64,000 nucleotides of DNA from Cycas panzhihuaensis (Eukaryota > Plantae > Cycadophyta). Location: NCBI GenBank assembly GCA_023213395.1, contig CM041465.1:197043741-197107740 (forward strand). The letters run 5' to 3'. Below are positions 38,301 to 52,010 of this stretch, one piece after another; position 1 is the stretch's first letter; each line of letters starts with the position of its first letter. The notes beneath the pieces were generated by a model. That model searched no databases. It was given only the letters and a program-made list of their open reading frames with translations, and was not told where the DNA came from. The position numbers and the translations under genes are program-made.

Positions 38301-41260
38301 ACTTGATAACAAATTTTTACTAGATCTCTAACTGTTTCTTCTATAGGTAGTAATACTCTATAGATAGGTTTACTAAGACTGCTAAAGGAAAATGTCTGGA
38401 TAAAATTTCCAGCTGCTTCTTTCTATTCCTAGCTTTCTTCATGTCTTCTTTCTTCCATCAGGTACTAGATGGGATTATTTCCTATCAAAGTTATAGGTAA
38501 CTAGTGTACCCATTCCTTCTCTAATTTTTTATCTCCTTGCCAAATCAATATACAATTTTGAACATGTTATCTAAGATTATTATTAAATAAGGGGAGTTTC
38601 CCATTTTGTTTCTAAATCATAAACAATTTCATCATTTCTTCCCAATTAGAAAATTGATTTCTATTGGCTTTAAAATAGTTTTATGCTTGTCCATCTAAAG
38701 TTAAGGGAAACAAATACTACCAATCAACTTCTTTATTTTTACAAAATTTAGCATAATTTATTACACATTTTTTTGCTTCCCCCTCAGATTGAGGTAATCC
38801 ATCAATGTTACTTAGACATTTTTTTGTCTTTTGGATCTTGTATTCTTCTGCTTCACTTGAATTTTCTAATACTATCATCTTTGTCTTCTCTTCTGTATCA
38901 TCTTGGCATAATTCGAGTCGATAGTAGCTTGTTGTCTCAGCTCTCATTCCTTCCCAAGCCATCTATAGCCAATCCAACATATATGTTGATGATGCTTCAC
39001 TGGGAATACAAGGTGGGGTCTTTAGGGCTTGAAATATTATTTTTGAATAAGGACATATAGTAGTTGCTATTGATGCCATTGTCGTCGATGTTGTATCCAT
39101 ATCTTCTATTTTTCAATCTGGGGTCCATCTCAATAGATTGGAAGTACTACTTTTCTTCCTGTTGCATGCAATGTAAACATCAATTTCCCTCAATATTGTA
39201 GTGCTTTTCTGGTTAATAGCCATGGCCTTCCTAAAAGTCATAGATATACATTTTTTTTTATGATTATGTATTTTTACTACTATAAAGTCGAAACATAGTG
39301 TGATTCATGCCACTGCTACTAGTATATTTAATAATGTACCCATTGGTCTGACTTGCAACTAATGGGCTAGTCTTATGGAATATTATGGGGAAACCATGTC
39401 AGGTCATCCCAACGGAATCCATGTTGTCTTAGGGAGAACATTTACTCTTGAGCCTCCATCGACAATTGTTTTACAAATTATTATTCCAAAATTTATCATT
39501 GGGATACTTAGGTCAATGGAATCTATTTTCAAAGCCCACAGTACTAGTTTTTCAATCTGATCTAATACTGCTTGCTAAAAATACCTTGCCTCCTACCATC
39601 TAAAAATAATGGTAATGGGAATTAAAGTTCCTAACTCCATTAAAAAGTCCTTTATTGCTTGCAATCTTTGCCACAGATTTGGTTCTGATTATTCTTCTTA
39701 AAATGTTACTCTCCTTTGATATGTTTTCCCTTTAAATCTATTTACTTGATTAAGTTCCTCTTGCTAATTATTCTTCATAGCTTTTTACAAGACCTACACT
39801 ACTTCTTGAAGCCTTTTCTTTTCTATTGTTGGATCTAGAAAATTATCTACTATTAGTGTAGATGTTATCTTTCTACTTCTTGTTTACATATAAACTAGTT
39901 ACTCTGTATTCAATATTCAGGTAGCGAGATTGGAAGTTTGCACCTTTGAATAAGGATTTTTTGAATAATTACTCCATTCGTGGTCTGCTGGACCATATTC
40001 TTCATAAATATGTTCCCCTTCATGTTTTTAAATATTCTACACAAAAATGACCCTATCTGGAGTACAAATGACACCTTACTGGCCTTGTTTTTCCCTTATA
40101 TTGCTTAAGGGAATTCCTTTCTAGCTTATGATAAAATGAATCCCTTATCTCATTCCTAGGTGTCCTATGATAACACTCCTAGGTATTATGATTCCCTCGT
40201 CTATAGATTTCACACTATTTTCATTCTGGAATATTCTGATGTTCATTTCTAGTATGCTCAACCTAACTACAAGGTGGAGGGCACCATACATTCTCTTTCT
40301 TTTTTTCTAATTTTAATTTAGCCAATTATGATCTCAATTGGTTAATCTCTTGGCTTTGCTATATTGTGAAGGGAAGGAATACTAGGGGCTATTGTTTTAA
40401 AGCTTCAATTTCTCTGTTTAAAGCTTCTAATTCTAGATTTATCCCTATTACCATTTATCCCAAGGACTAAAAATTTGACCCTATCTGAAACCGAGGCTGC
40501 AAGTACCCAGTTTTCATCTGATTTTTAAATTTTAAGGCTAATTCCTTCACTTTTCCATAACTATTCATCAGGTGTAAGATCACTTTTTCTTTTAATTAAG
40601 GTAAAAGTCCTTGCACAAAATATTGTAAGGATAGCATTGGATTTATTAGAATTGAAAGATCTATTTTATTTGTGATTGTTATTAATATATCATCAAAATC
40701 ATTTACTAACTCACCTAGAACTTATTGAATTTCTTCTAGGGTATGGACGATGGCCATTAGATCTTGTAGCCTTTGAAACCTATCCAAAATTATGTTTAGA
40801 TTATGTACCATAATGGATTTATAGATAAAATATAATGGTACTAAGAAATTGCAACTCCTCTTAACGTTGAGAAGAACCATGCCTTAATCTCCTCTGGATC
40901 CCTAATTCTTTTTATTTTCAGCATATTAGAAAAAAGTGCAAGATGATCCCCTGGATTGCCTGAACCATCAAACTGCAAATGTCCAAATGTAGTATCATTT
41001 TGAATGATAATATATGGGGGGTTTTATTGATTCCCTCCTACTCCAATATTTTGTGTTGATCCCCTAGAGCTTGCGCCACCCCGTGTTATTGGAATTGGTC
41101 TACTCTATGAGTTTTTATTTACATTCCCTATAGGAATTGTTGAACCTACTCCTCCTCCTAAAAAATTCCCCATATTGGAGGAAGGTCCACTTGTGCTCTC
41201 CATTTATCCAAGGTTTACTCTTAAAAATATGGAGTTATTCAATATCTTAGCCATCTTATT
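35390..41260 (-). pseudogene. Athila-like gag-pol pseudogene
   Basis: Gag LQFDGSGNPGDHL (about 40950), PR TIVDGGSRVN (about 39450), RT ORFs 37913-38137 and 37236-37499, RH HVYVDAS, INT PFKKWGLDFV and SSPLYPRVN. Confidence 0.9.
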
Positions 41261-41770
41261 GAATAACAAATTTATAACATGAGAATGAGAGTCTTTAACT
41301 TCCAAGATATGGCAATCCCACCCTGTGATGGTAGTACCATATATATTAAATTTTGCTACTTTGCTCACTTCTCCTTGATTTATTTTCTAATCTTTTTGTT
41401 CTCTTAGGTTTTTATCCTTTGCACACCTTTGATGAGTTTCTGCTTCATCTTCTTGGATTTCTATCTAGTTCTTAGCTGACTATTCTTCTACTGCCTTATC
41501 TTCTTTTATTTCGCTTTCTTCATCCCACTTTTCCTGGGTCAAACTTCTCTCCTATTTGCCCTTCACAAGTTGCCTTCTCTTCTCCTACATTTTCTCCATG
41601 GGTTCTTTTCGTTTGCAAATTCCATCTTGAAGATTTTTATCTCTTAGCACCAACCTCACTCCTGTTGTGTCTTGGATTTTCTTACAGAGTTAAGTCTTAG
41701 TGGCATGGATGACCTACTTCTTTTTCTTTATTCTTTGCTACTCTTGCTTTCCCCTACCTATATTCACATT

Positions 41771-41783
41771 GGCAATGGAACCA
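41771..41783 (-). other. Primer-binding site (tRNA-Glu-like)
   Basis: Minus strand TGGTTCCATTGCC is one CpG transition away from TGGTTCCGTTGCC, the complement of the plant tRNA-Glu 3' end as I recall it. Confidence 0.6.
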
Positions 41784-42019
41784 ATGTGTGTCACCTTTTC
41801 CACCTCAATCATTCCTAAGAAATAAGCAACATAATAGACTGCATAGATCAAATTAGAGTATTAAAACCATCATTTTATTACCAAAAAGGTCCTGCATCAG
41901 CTCCTCTCATAACCCAATACAGACCAGAATAGTATAATACAAAAATTACAATATTAGCAGTTAAGAGAAGCAATGCACATGTACACCTTCCCTTTGTCCA
42001 AGGACTCTTTTATCTATTC

Positions 42020-42022
<3 letters not shown>

Positions 42023-42082
<60 letters not shown>
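42023..42082. repeat. (TA)30 microsatellite
   Basis: Perfect dinucleotide run, absent from the sister LTR. Confidence 0.97.
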
Positions 42083-42085
<3 letters not shown>

Positions 42086-42145
42086 ATATCCTTATAATAA
42101 TCCATTACATTTAATCTTAATTTCTTGGTGATGTCACTTGTATTG

Positions 42146-42502
42146 GTTGCATTTATGGAGGTTTTAGTCGTACCTATAGTTGACCTGGTCATACCTATAG
42201 TAATCCTAATCACACTTAAACTTGTTATGGTTGCACTTGGAGTTGTCTTAGTCACACTTGCAGTAACCCTGGTTGCACCTGAAATTGTTTTGATCGCACC
42301 TAAAGTTGTCCTGGTTGTGCCTGTAGTAATCTTGGTCACACCTAAAGTTGTTCTAATTGCACTTGGAGTTGTCCTGGTCACACCTACAATAATCCTAGTT
42401 GCACTTGAAGTTGTTCTGGTTGTACTTAGAGTAATCTTGGTCACACATGAAGTTGTTTTGGTCATACTTGAAGTTCTCCTAGTCACACCTGAAGTTGTCT
42501 TT
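42146..42502. repeat. 21-bp tandem array, 17 units, inside the LTR
   Basis: Same unit as 32764-33183. Confidence 0.95.
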
Positions 42503-44361
42503 TCTAATATGCCTTTCCCCTAACACACAAAAGTCCTATAAAAGTACTTGAGAAAATTACTTTAGAAAAAACATGGACAAGTAAAAGACTAGATGTAAGT
42601 CATCTAAGAACCTATGGAAGAATAGCTTATGTGCACATTCCAACTTAATAGGGGGCAAAGTTAGATGATAAATATATTGAATGTGTTATGGTCAGGGATA
42701 GTACCAAATCAAAGGTATATCATTGCATAGATGCGAAAATTTAAAAAATCTATGTAAGGAGAGATGTAACATTTAATGAAGGCATTGATAAAGCTACTAC
42801 CTACTCACAAAAGAGTAGTTCTTAAAAGGGTATAATATTGGAAGAAATTACCAATAGTGATAGTACAACTAGGGAAGAATAAACTCCTTAGGAAGAAATA
42901 TAAGAATTAGAAACTTTCCTAGAAGAAGAAAGACAAGAAGACATCTTAGGAAAAAGATTGCATAAATGGTATTTAAAAACTATAGAAGAATTAAAAGGAG
43001 ATGTATTTGAGCACATAATTATATCTAAAAAACGTCAAGTCTTGGCTTGTTTAGTCAAGCGTCAAAGTTTTGAAGTAGTCTATAAAAAATTGGAATAGAA
43101 AGAAGCCATGCACAAAGAAACAGAGTCTATTGATCAAAACAAAACTTGGAAATTAGTTTTTTTACAAAAATATAAGCTTATATATTGAAAATATGTGTAT
43201 AGAATAAAAGAAAAACTAGATGGAAGTGTTAAAAAGTATAAAGCTCAATTTGTAACAAAAGGATACACTCAAACTGTAGGCATTGACTATGAAAAAACCT
43301 TTTCTCTTATAGCAAAACTAATAATTATTCCTACAGTTATAGTTTTGATAGTGCATTATGGATGGGAACATGTGTAATTAGATGTGAAAAGTGTCTTCCT
43401 AAATAGTGATCTCAATGAAGAAGTATATCTAGAATAATCACTTAAGTATATAAATAAAGGAGAAGAGTATTTGGTTTGTAGATTAAAAAAGACACTATAT
43501 GGTTTAAACCAAACAATTAGAGTCTAGTATACAAAATTGGACCATCACCTTTAAAAGAAAGGTTTTAGTAGATGTGAAGCTGATCCAAGTCTTTACATAA
43601 AAAAATAAAAAGGCTTTGATTACCATAATTGTGGTACATGTAGACGATTTAATTATCATAGGCAAGGATTGAGAAACCATTAGCTAGGAAAGAACATAGA
43701 TGGAAAGTAATTTTTAAATGACTGATATGAGAACACTTCACTATATCTTGGCATAAAAATTAAATAAGCAACAAATGGCATCTTTATCTCACAATCCAAG
43801 TATGCCAAGAATCTTCTAAAATAATTTAATTAGGAAGAATTTAGTCTATGTACTGCATCTATGGAAGCAAGTTATGTTTTAACTACTAATAAAGATAAAC
43901 ATTAAGAAGTAAATAAAACTCTATTTAGACAACTTATTGGAAATCTCATTTACTTGACATCCACTAGACTAGGCATATTTTTTTTTGTTGGAGTGATCTC
44001 TAGATTTATGTATATTCCAATGATTATTTATTAGAATGTTATAAAGAGAGTCTTAAGGTAAATCAAAGCCACTTTAAATTTTGGACTACAATATACCAAA
44101 GCAAATAAACTAGACTTAATTAGATTCACTGACTTTGACTAGGCTGAAGAGTCTAAAGAAAGAAAATCCACATTAGGCTATTGTTTTAATCTAGAAACAA
44201 TTGTGACATCATGGAGTAGCAAAAAGCAATTGACAATCATCTTTTCCTTAATAGAAGTAGAGTATAAGGCTCTAGTAAGTGTAATTTGTGAACTAATTTG
44301 GTTGAGACAAGTCTTGAATAATCTAAATCAAGGATGTCAGTAAGTAATTATAATCTATTGT

Positions 44362-44677
44362 TGTTGGAAAATATAAATGTAAGCAAAGGTCAATAGGATC
44401 TTTTATATCAGGTAGATCATAATAGAAACAAATCAAACAGGACACCAAATTATCATGGGAAACCCTTACAGGTGAAAACCCATAATAATATTATTCACAT
44501 ATTGATAATCTTATGATATTACAAGGTTGGATTTTGATCTATATTTATAGATCTCAAGTGCTAAATATAATTACATTTACATTCGTTAACTCACCACTCT
44601 TAAGAATATTCCATTTGCATATTAGGTACATAAATATGCCTACTTTATATTAATAAATATATTAACATATTCCAACA
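44362..44677 (-). repeat. 3' LTR of Copia-B (316 bp)
   Basis: Terminal inverted repeats TGTTGGAA...TTCCAACA, with an adjacent PPT. Confidence 0.8.
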
Positions 44678-47059
44678 TCCCCTCTTAATGTAAATGTGGG
44701 ATAACAAGGTTTATCCTTGGGAATAGATCCCTTCTCAAGGATAACCTTATCCAAATTGCATGAATATTGATGTAGTGATATTTAGTTTGAGCTTGGTGAA
44801 TATGTCCATAAGTTGATCTCCACTTAGACAATCTTCAATTGGCATCTTCCCTAATCTAATCTTCACTTAGATGTAATGGTGCTATGCCTCGTATGTGCTT
44901 GATTCTTTGGAAAGACTTTAATAGACCTATAACCATACAACTCTCTCTACACTTGACATATTATCCATACAACTTAGCCATATTCCTTTGACTAAACTAA
45001 GAGATTGAGCTACTTGAGCCATGTGAATCTCCTCTTTAAGCCTCTATTATGGAATGCTAATATGATGTGATGTGACACCTAACTATTTAAAACTACTAAA
45101 GTAAGGATCAAATGGACCAATAAATATAGATACTAGTGCATATGCCTCCTTATACCTTAATCCTTTTTCTTGCCAGATATCTTACATAATAAGTCTCATC
45201 AACTTGCAATTTGACTAGGTTATTTACTTTAATATAGCTCTCCATTGTGAATCTACACTTACTAGAATATTGGTACCTATCTCAAGCTTTAACTGGCATG
45301 CTAATCCTTGATCTTTAATCATCTTGTAGGTTTTGAACTATTAATGAAATATGAGGTTGCAATCCTTATCTTATCATCTAACAACTCCTCATTATCAATC
45401 TTTCACTAAGTCCTACTTATGTCTTAAGCATAATGTTAGGCAAACAAACCTTTACATTTGCTGAATAATGACTTTGAAAAGTGAAGCAATGAAGAACAAA
45501 ACTTGTAATTGGATGACATGTAGTATGATATGTTAATAACTCTTGAATTGACATCTAGACTAATCATAATGCATTCCCTTATAGATCACACTGTAAGCTA
45601 AACAACCTTATAGACTTTAAATTCTTATAATCCTACTATTGTAATCTTCATATAAGATGTGTACACTCCAATGCACCAAAATAAATAAATAGAAGGCTTT
45701 TGACTAGTCTAAACACAAAACAAGAGGGGATTATATGCCACAGTCACAACAAGGGTACCCAATACCTATCCGCTATAGTTTCTACCATCAAAACAGGGGA
45801 GTCAAACCATAACATGAACTAAACCTCCTCATCTGCATCATGATACTCACCTATAATATAACCTAAGAGGGGTACATAAGATAATCATCTCTCGTTTCAT
45901 ACCATGACAAAGGCATCATTGATTTTAAGGCATGTTATCTTAGAGCTTTCTATTCACACTCCAAATTTCATCAATTACAGTCTCAGTTCTATATTAGACT
46001 TGTTTAGATATTCATACATGTTGAATTAGTATTAAACATGCTATAAACCTTCATGCTAACATCAGTCTAACTAGTAAAGTATAACGGTCCATGATCAACT
46101 GAGAACCACTCTTACAAGCAAATTCTGGACTTCATCACCTCATATACATCTGATGCAATAGAACTCGAATATAACTTAATAAAACACACTCATCTCACTA
46201 AATAAATACATATATATGAACTTGTGAAATGATCTATACCACACTAAACAATAGTAATGGAGTTTATAACACTAGCAACTAAGGTATCTCATGCATTTCT
46301 TTGCCCATCTCTCATCCAATCTTGCCCATCTCTCACCCTCAACCACACTCAATCTTGCCATGTAATCTCACATGCAACAAGCACCTCATCTCATCCTTCT
46401 TCACCCATAAGCTCTTTTATATAAACCACATGCAAAGAGCATTAAACATCACTTCATCATCATACCATAACATCGCCTCAACAACTCTCTCATATAATTG
46501 CATGTAAGAGAATATATAGTCACCTACATCACTCATTAAACCCTGTCATGCAATCATATGTAACAAGGACTATTTTCCACATTACCAAACTAAGACCTTG
46601 CTTTAAAGTCACCTACTCACATCATCATAAAGCCTTAATTGTAAAAACTTCATACTAATGGTGATCTAGTATGTCAAACATAAGATATCACAATCAAGGG
46701 TAGCTTATATTTATTAAAGAAGGGGCTTGATAAATAAGATTAAGGGTGAAAACCTTAACATAATGTGACTTTGATAAACTTTGAAATATCAAATATCAAA
46801 ATATCAAGGCCTTTATAAAAGTCAATAATGAAATATAATATAACATAACAAAATGCTAAAAAGCATTAGATAACTTTGTGATATGAATGATCTTAATATA
46901 GAAAGGTGGCAAAATAATATACGCAATATTATTCAATACACAATATCAAATATTGAATGCCATTTTATATTTATGATTGATCAATATATATATATGACTA
47001 AATAAGATATCAACAACAGTTGAAAATATGTCTATTGGTGACTTTATAGTATCAAAACA
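44362..47059 (-). mobile_element. Copia-B: second Ty1/copia family, strongly decayed; only the 3' part is visible
   Basis: 3' LTR and PPT (minus strand AAGAGGGGA, 44678-44686). Minus-strand RH remnants RIKHI..HHYI and QLMDIFTK. Candidate left TSD ATTGT. The identity of 45700-47059 is uncertain. Confidence 0.7.
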
Positions 47060-47207
47060 TGATAGGATACCACTCCCTAAGAATAATTACACACTAACAT
47101 AATATATAAATAACTCCAAAAGAGCACTTATATTGCAATACCCTTCAAGGAGGAAGCCTTCCAATTACATGCAAGAATAATGATATTTAAGATACCCCAC
47201 TCTAAAG

Positions 47208-47269
<62 letters not shown>

Positions 47270-47490
47270 TCTATACTCATTACACAACCTCCTCCTTATA
47301 CATGTGGGATATTTTATGAATATATGTAGTGCTCTATGATCATTACACAACCTTCTACTTATGCATGTGGGATATTATGAAGAGGAAAGAAGTAGAATAA
47401 ATAGAAGATATAAGAGAAGATAAGAGAGAAAAGAAGTAGAAGATATAATAGAATACAAGAGAAGGTAAGTTAGGGGTTAGATACTTAATA
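47060..47490 (-). repeat. 3' LTR of the chromovirus
   Basis: TGATAGGATACCACTCC...CTTAATA. Homologous to 52895-53277. The PPT (minus strand AGGGGGGAACTT) is adjacent. Confidence 0.85.
47210..47266. repeat. (TA)n microsatellite in the LTR
   Basis: About 28 perfect units. The sister LTR has only a short TA tract here. Confidence 0.97.
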
Positions 47491-47504
47491 AAGTTCCCCC
47501 CTTA

Positions 47505-48798
47505 AAAAAGGTTTACCCTTAAAGCTTGTTAACCTTAGGATGCTCTTGGATAAATTACTCATTCTCCTAGGTTGTATCTTCTCACAGAAGTTGTTTCCAT
47601 TTGTTGAGATACTCAATGATTTACCTATATCATAGATGTTGAATTCTTTGATAAATGATACATTCTAAAATGAGTTGAAGTTGCCCTTCCTTATTTAAGA
47701 TAGATAATTCTATTTGAACTTGTACTTACTGTCTAATCACTCTCTTAAGACATGAAACATAAAAGACATTATAGATCATTAATAGTGGTGGTAAGTCTAA
47801 GGCATATACAACTTCACCAATCCTTTTGAGAATTTTGTAAGGGCCATAAAATTGAAGTTGTAATTTATGTTTCCCATCCTATTTGAGAGATGTCTACTTA
47901 TATGGTTTCAACTATAAGCATACCTAATCACTTGGTTAAAATGCTCATTTATTTTGCCCTTTATTTGCTAATTGCTTCATCTAATTTTGTACAAGGTTCA
48001 GATTTTCCTTAAGTAGCTTAAGAATCTATGTTGTTTGTTAGATATGGTCCTCGACTTCTTGAACCTTAAAACTAATTATGGCATAATTCTTATGTGTGGG
48101 TGGTTCATAGCCATATAGTGTTTAGAATAGAGTCATTATTGCTGATGCATGATATGTTATATTATACCACCTTTCTGCTAAAGGAAGCTAATGATGCCAC
48201 TAGCCCTACTTATCTAAAGCATAACAATGAAGGTATCCTTTAAGGCACTTATTAACCACTTCGGTTTGAAAATTTATTTATGGATGGTAGGATGAGCTCA
48301 TTGTTAGTTTAGTATCAAGTAGATAGAAGAGTTTTATCTAGAAGTTACTGGTAAACTTAGGGTCCTGATCACTAACTATATATTTGGACATGCTATGTAA
48401 CCTGTGTATATCATTTAAAAAGATCTCTATAATTTTCTTTACCTTATATGTGACTTGAATACCATAAAAATAAGCATATTTAGTTAGCCTATCAACAACC
48501 ACTAGTATATCATCTTTTCCTTTTAACTTAGGTAGATCCATAATGAAGTCTATAGAAATTTCTTCCCATCATTGATTTGGTATGGGAAGGGGTTATAACA
48601 ATCTTAGAGACTTGATAGTTTTTGTCTTATGTCATTGATAAATTTCACATAAGGAAACATATCTCTTTTCATCTCCTTTTTGGCCCTTCCAAAAGAAAAA
48701 TTATTTTCAATGGTGATATATCCGTAGGAACCCTGAGTGACCTATTATTGGAGAGGCATGTGTATCATGTAAAATTTGCTTCTTGAGACTAGAGTGAT

Positions 48799-48848
<50 letters not shown>

Positions 48849-48902
48849 TATATACATATATATACATATATACATATATATATATACATATATATATGTA
48901 TA

Positions 48903-48995
<93 letters not shown>

Positions 48996-51900
48996 CTTGT
49001 ACTAGAGAATATTTGTAGACCATGTATAATAGGTTGAATGCCCTACCCTAGCTTGAAGGTCTTAAATGATCTGCTTTATAAAGGGGTCCTTGTCCCATTC
49101 TTGCTTGGCAACTACTATCCAAGGGGGATTGACCATGATGATAGAATATAGTGTAGAGCCTTCTTCCTTATGAGATAAAGCATCAACAACTATATTATCC
49201 TTACCTTTTTTATATGTGATTTCAAAGTCAAAAGCTTGCATTTTGGTGATCCATTTTTGTTGTTCCTTGGATGCTGTCCTTTGAGCTAGAAAACATTTTA
49301 AGCTATCATGGTCTATTTTAATTTGAAAATATATTCTTAATAAATATTGTCACTATTTCCTAACTACATGGAGAATTGCTAACATCTCCTTCTCATAGGT
49401 GGATTTGACTTATTCCTTATGTATAAGTTGATGACTTTCAAAGGCCAAAGGTTTCCCTTCTTACATTAAGACTACTCTAATGCCTTGCCTTAATGCATCA
49501 CGTTTACTAGTGAAGGTCTTTGTAAAGTCTGGTATTATGAGGACTGGTGTCATAGTTAAAGCCACCTTTAGGTGTTCAAATGCTTCAAAGGCCTTATCAT
49601 TCCAATGAAAGGAATCATTTTTTAACAAGTTGATTAAAGGGGAAGTAATCCTTGCATAGCCTTGAACAAACTTTTGATAATACCTTATGATTCGTAAGAA
49701 TCCACAAAGGCCCTTGATGTTTTTGGGTTTAGGTCAGTTCGTGATAATTATAATTTTCTTAGGATTCAGCTTAACTCCTTCTTGAGAGATAATATCACCT
49801 AAATATTCTATTTTTGTTTGCCCAAATTGACATTTTAATTTTTTGGTATAAAGCTAATTATCTATAAGTACTTATAATGCCTTATTAATATGCTAAAGAT
49901 AGTCTTCCCATATATGACTAAAGATCAGAATGTCATAAAGAAAGACTAACATGAACTTCATTAAGTAAGGCTAAAAGAGTTTGTTTATGAGTCCTTGAAA
50001 AGTGGATGGGGTATTATTTAAGCCAAATGGCATGACTAAAAAATTATAATACTCTTCATATGTACGAAATGCAGTTTTATGAACATCCTCACCATTGATC
50101 TTAATTTGATGGTATCCTAACCATAAGTCCAATGATGTAAAGAATGTTGCTCTATGGAGTTCATCGATGATTGGTATAGGAAATTTATCCTTTATGGTTA
50201 TCTTATTGAGCTCACGGTAGTCTATACATATGCAAAATGAGCTATCTTTCTTTCTTACTAAAATCACTAGGGCAGAAAAAATACTTTTACTTTCCCTAAT
50301 AGTACCAGCATTAAGGAGTTCCTGAACTAGTCGTTTAATTTTATTCTTTTACTGGTAGAAGTATCAGTATGGTCAAATACAAGGAAGATTGCTTCTAGCT
50401 ACTAAGTCAATGCTATGATCTTAGTCTTGTACTAGGGGAAAACCTTGAGAAATATCCTTAAAGACCTGGTTGTGGTAGTGAAGTACCAATTTTAAGTCAT
50501 TTAATATACCATCATCTCAGAGAATGTTCCCTTTTGTTGGATGTTCCTAACCTTCTAGAGTATAAGATTTGACAATGATTCCTATACCACATTTTTTGAT
50601 GAGCATCTCCATATGGTATGAGCTAATGATTTAGGTTAGAGGAGAAATGATCCCATTCAATTGATAGTTAATTTCTTCAGAAGTACATATGATGAAGAGC
50701 TCTTGCATATTTAGTTGAATGGTCCTTAATGGTTTGAGCTATTATACCCCTAATACAACATCAACTCTTCCAACGAGAATGACATACATGGAAATGGATA
50801 GGTGATAGTCATCCATTTGTAACTTGATGTTGTGATATTTCCCCCCACAATAGAGTGTCCCTCCATTAGCGACCATAACTTAGAAATTTTTAATACGATA
50901 TGGAAAATAATTGAGTTCTTCAACAAGTTTTTGATTAATGAAATTGTGGGTACTCCTAGAATCTATGAGGACAACCACCTTCCTTTTCTTGATGTACCTA
51001 ATAAGTTTGAGTGTTTATGGGGCCATGATTCTAATAAAGGCATGCACATATACAGTAGTCATATCTTCTTCTTCCTTCTTAGGTGGGTTACAATTATTAT
51101 TTTCTAGCTCTAATGTGGCTTCTTCTACTAGTTCATCATCTTGGACATCCTCAATTATAAATAAGTGTAATTCAAGACACTTATGGTCTTTATTTCACTT
51201 TTGGTTATAATGAAAATATAACCCTTTTAATTATTTCTCATCCATCTCTTAGGAAGTCAAGGAATGTTCATGGAAGAGGTTAAGATACCTTTTTTTTACT
51301 TCAATATGTCTTGAAAAATTGATAGCTGTAGAGATGTTATTAGGTTTAAGAGTCGCAACTCATGTCTGATGTCATCTCATAACCCACCAATGTACAACTG
51401 AAGTAATTTATTCTGACAAAGACCATCAACCCTTGTAGAGAGACATTGTTATTTTGCTATATAATCTAAAATAGTCCCCTCCTATTTGACTTTAGCTAAC
51501 TAGTTAAAGTGGTCATGATCTTAGGTACTATCATACTGAGCTGTAAGATCCTTAACAAAACCCTTGTATTAATAACTAAGCTCGCTAGTTATTTTCATAA
51601 CTTATTGGTACCATTAGTAGGGTTCAATTTTTATATATAGAGAAGCAAGAGGGATTTTCTTATCTACTGGAACTTGATGAAGAGAAAGTATTATTCCATT
51701 TAGGTGATCCAGGTATGCACATCTGTGCCATTGAACTTCCTAATTTCTACCTTGGGAAGGAAGTTAGGACGGAAGTATCTGTCGTCATTATCTTCGTCTT
51801 CTTTAGTAAAGCGACCCCCACATATGTGAGTAGTATCATCAAATTTAATCTTTTCTTCCTTAAAAGGTTTCATGACTATCAACTCTAGTAATACTGCTTT

Positions 51901-52010
51901 AAAATTTTCATTGAAGTTTGTTTGGATTTATAATATGTCTTCTTGAAGTTGTGTGATAGTATTATTAAGATCTTGAGTCCAACTAGGGTTTATCTTAGGG
52001 GCTATTTATT
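47505..52010 (-). pseudogene. Chromovirus gag-pol pseudogene with chromodomain (about 47530-47670)
   Basis: ORFs 51700-51882, 49971-50267 and 48338-48541. The chromodomain-like segment reads IIEYLNKWKQLL*EDTT*ENE*FIQEHP. Confidence 0.88.
48801..48990. repeat. Compound (TA)n microsatellite with CA/TG interruptions, 190 bp, inside pol
   Basis: Seen directly. It lies between the RH and the integrase zinc-finger coding sequence. Confidence 0.97.

Larger units (their letters stand above)
32441..42529 (-). mobile_element. Full-length non-chromovirus Ty3/gypsy element (Athila-like), about 10.1 kb
   Basis: LTRs at 32441-33210 and 41785-42529; PBS; PPT; gag-PR-RT-RH-INT on the minus strand (IVDGGSRVN, FAWSYKDLKGI, FLDDWTLYG); extra 3' ORF. 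Inserted in the Copia-A2 integrase. Confidence 0.92.
41785..42529 (-). repeat. 5' LTR of the Athila-like element (745 bp)
   Basis: TGTGTGTCACC...TAACACACA. Contains (TA)30 and a 17-unit 21-bp array. Confidence 0.9.
11447..44361 (+). mobile_element. Ty1/copia element Copia-A2, split into 11447-13526, 31616-32440 and 42530-44361 by nested insertions; 3' end outside the window
   Basis: Has a 5' LTR and a Met PBS, Gag (ORF 12580-12918) and zinc knuckles. The reading frame rejoins across both internal insertions (NVLFVP|GLKKNLLS and LINK|SPIKVLEK). RT ORF at 43195-43377. The RH is cut at IIIYC by Copia-B. Confidence 0.92.

Noticed and set aside
48707-49023. Tyr/Ile-repeat ORFs (also 47165-47350)
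   Set aside because: These are translations of (TA)n microsatellites.
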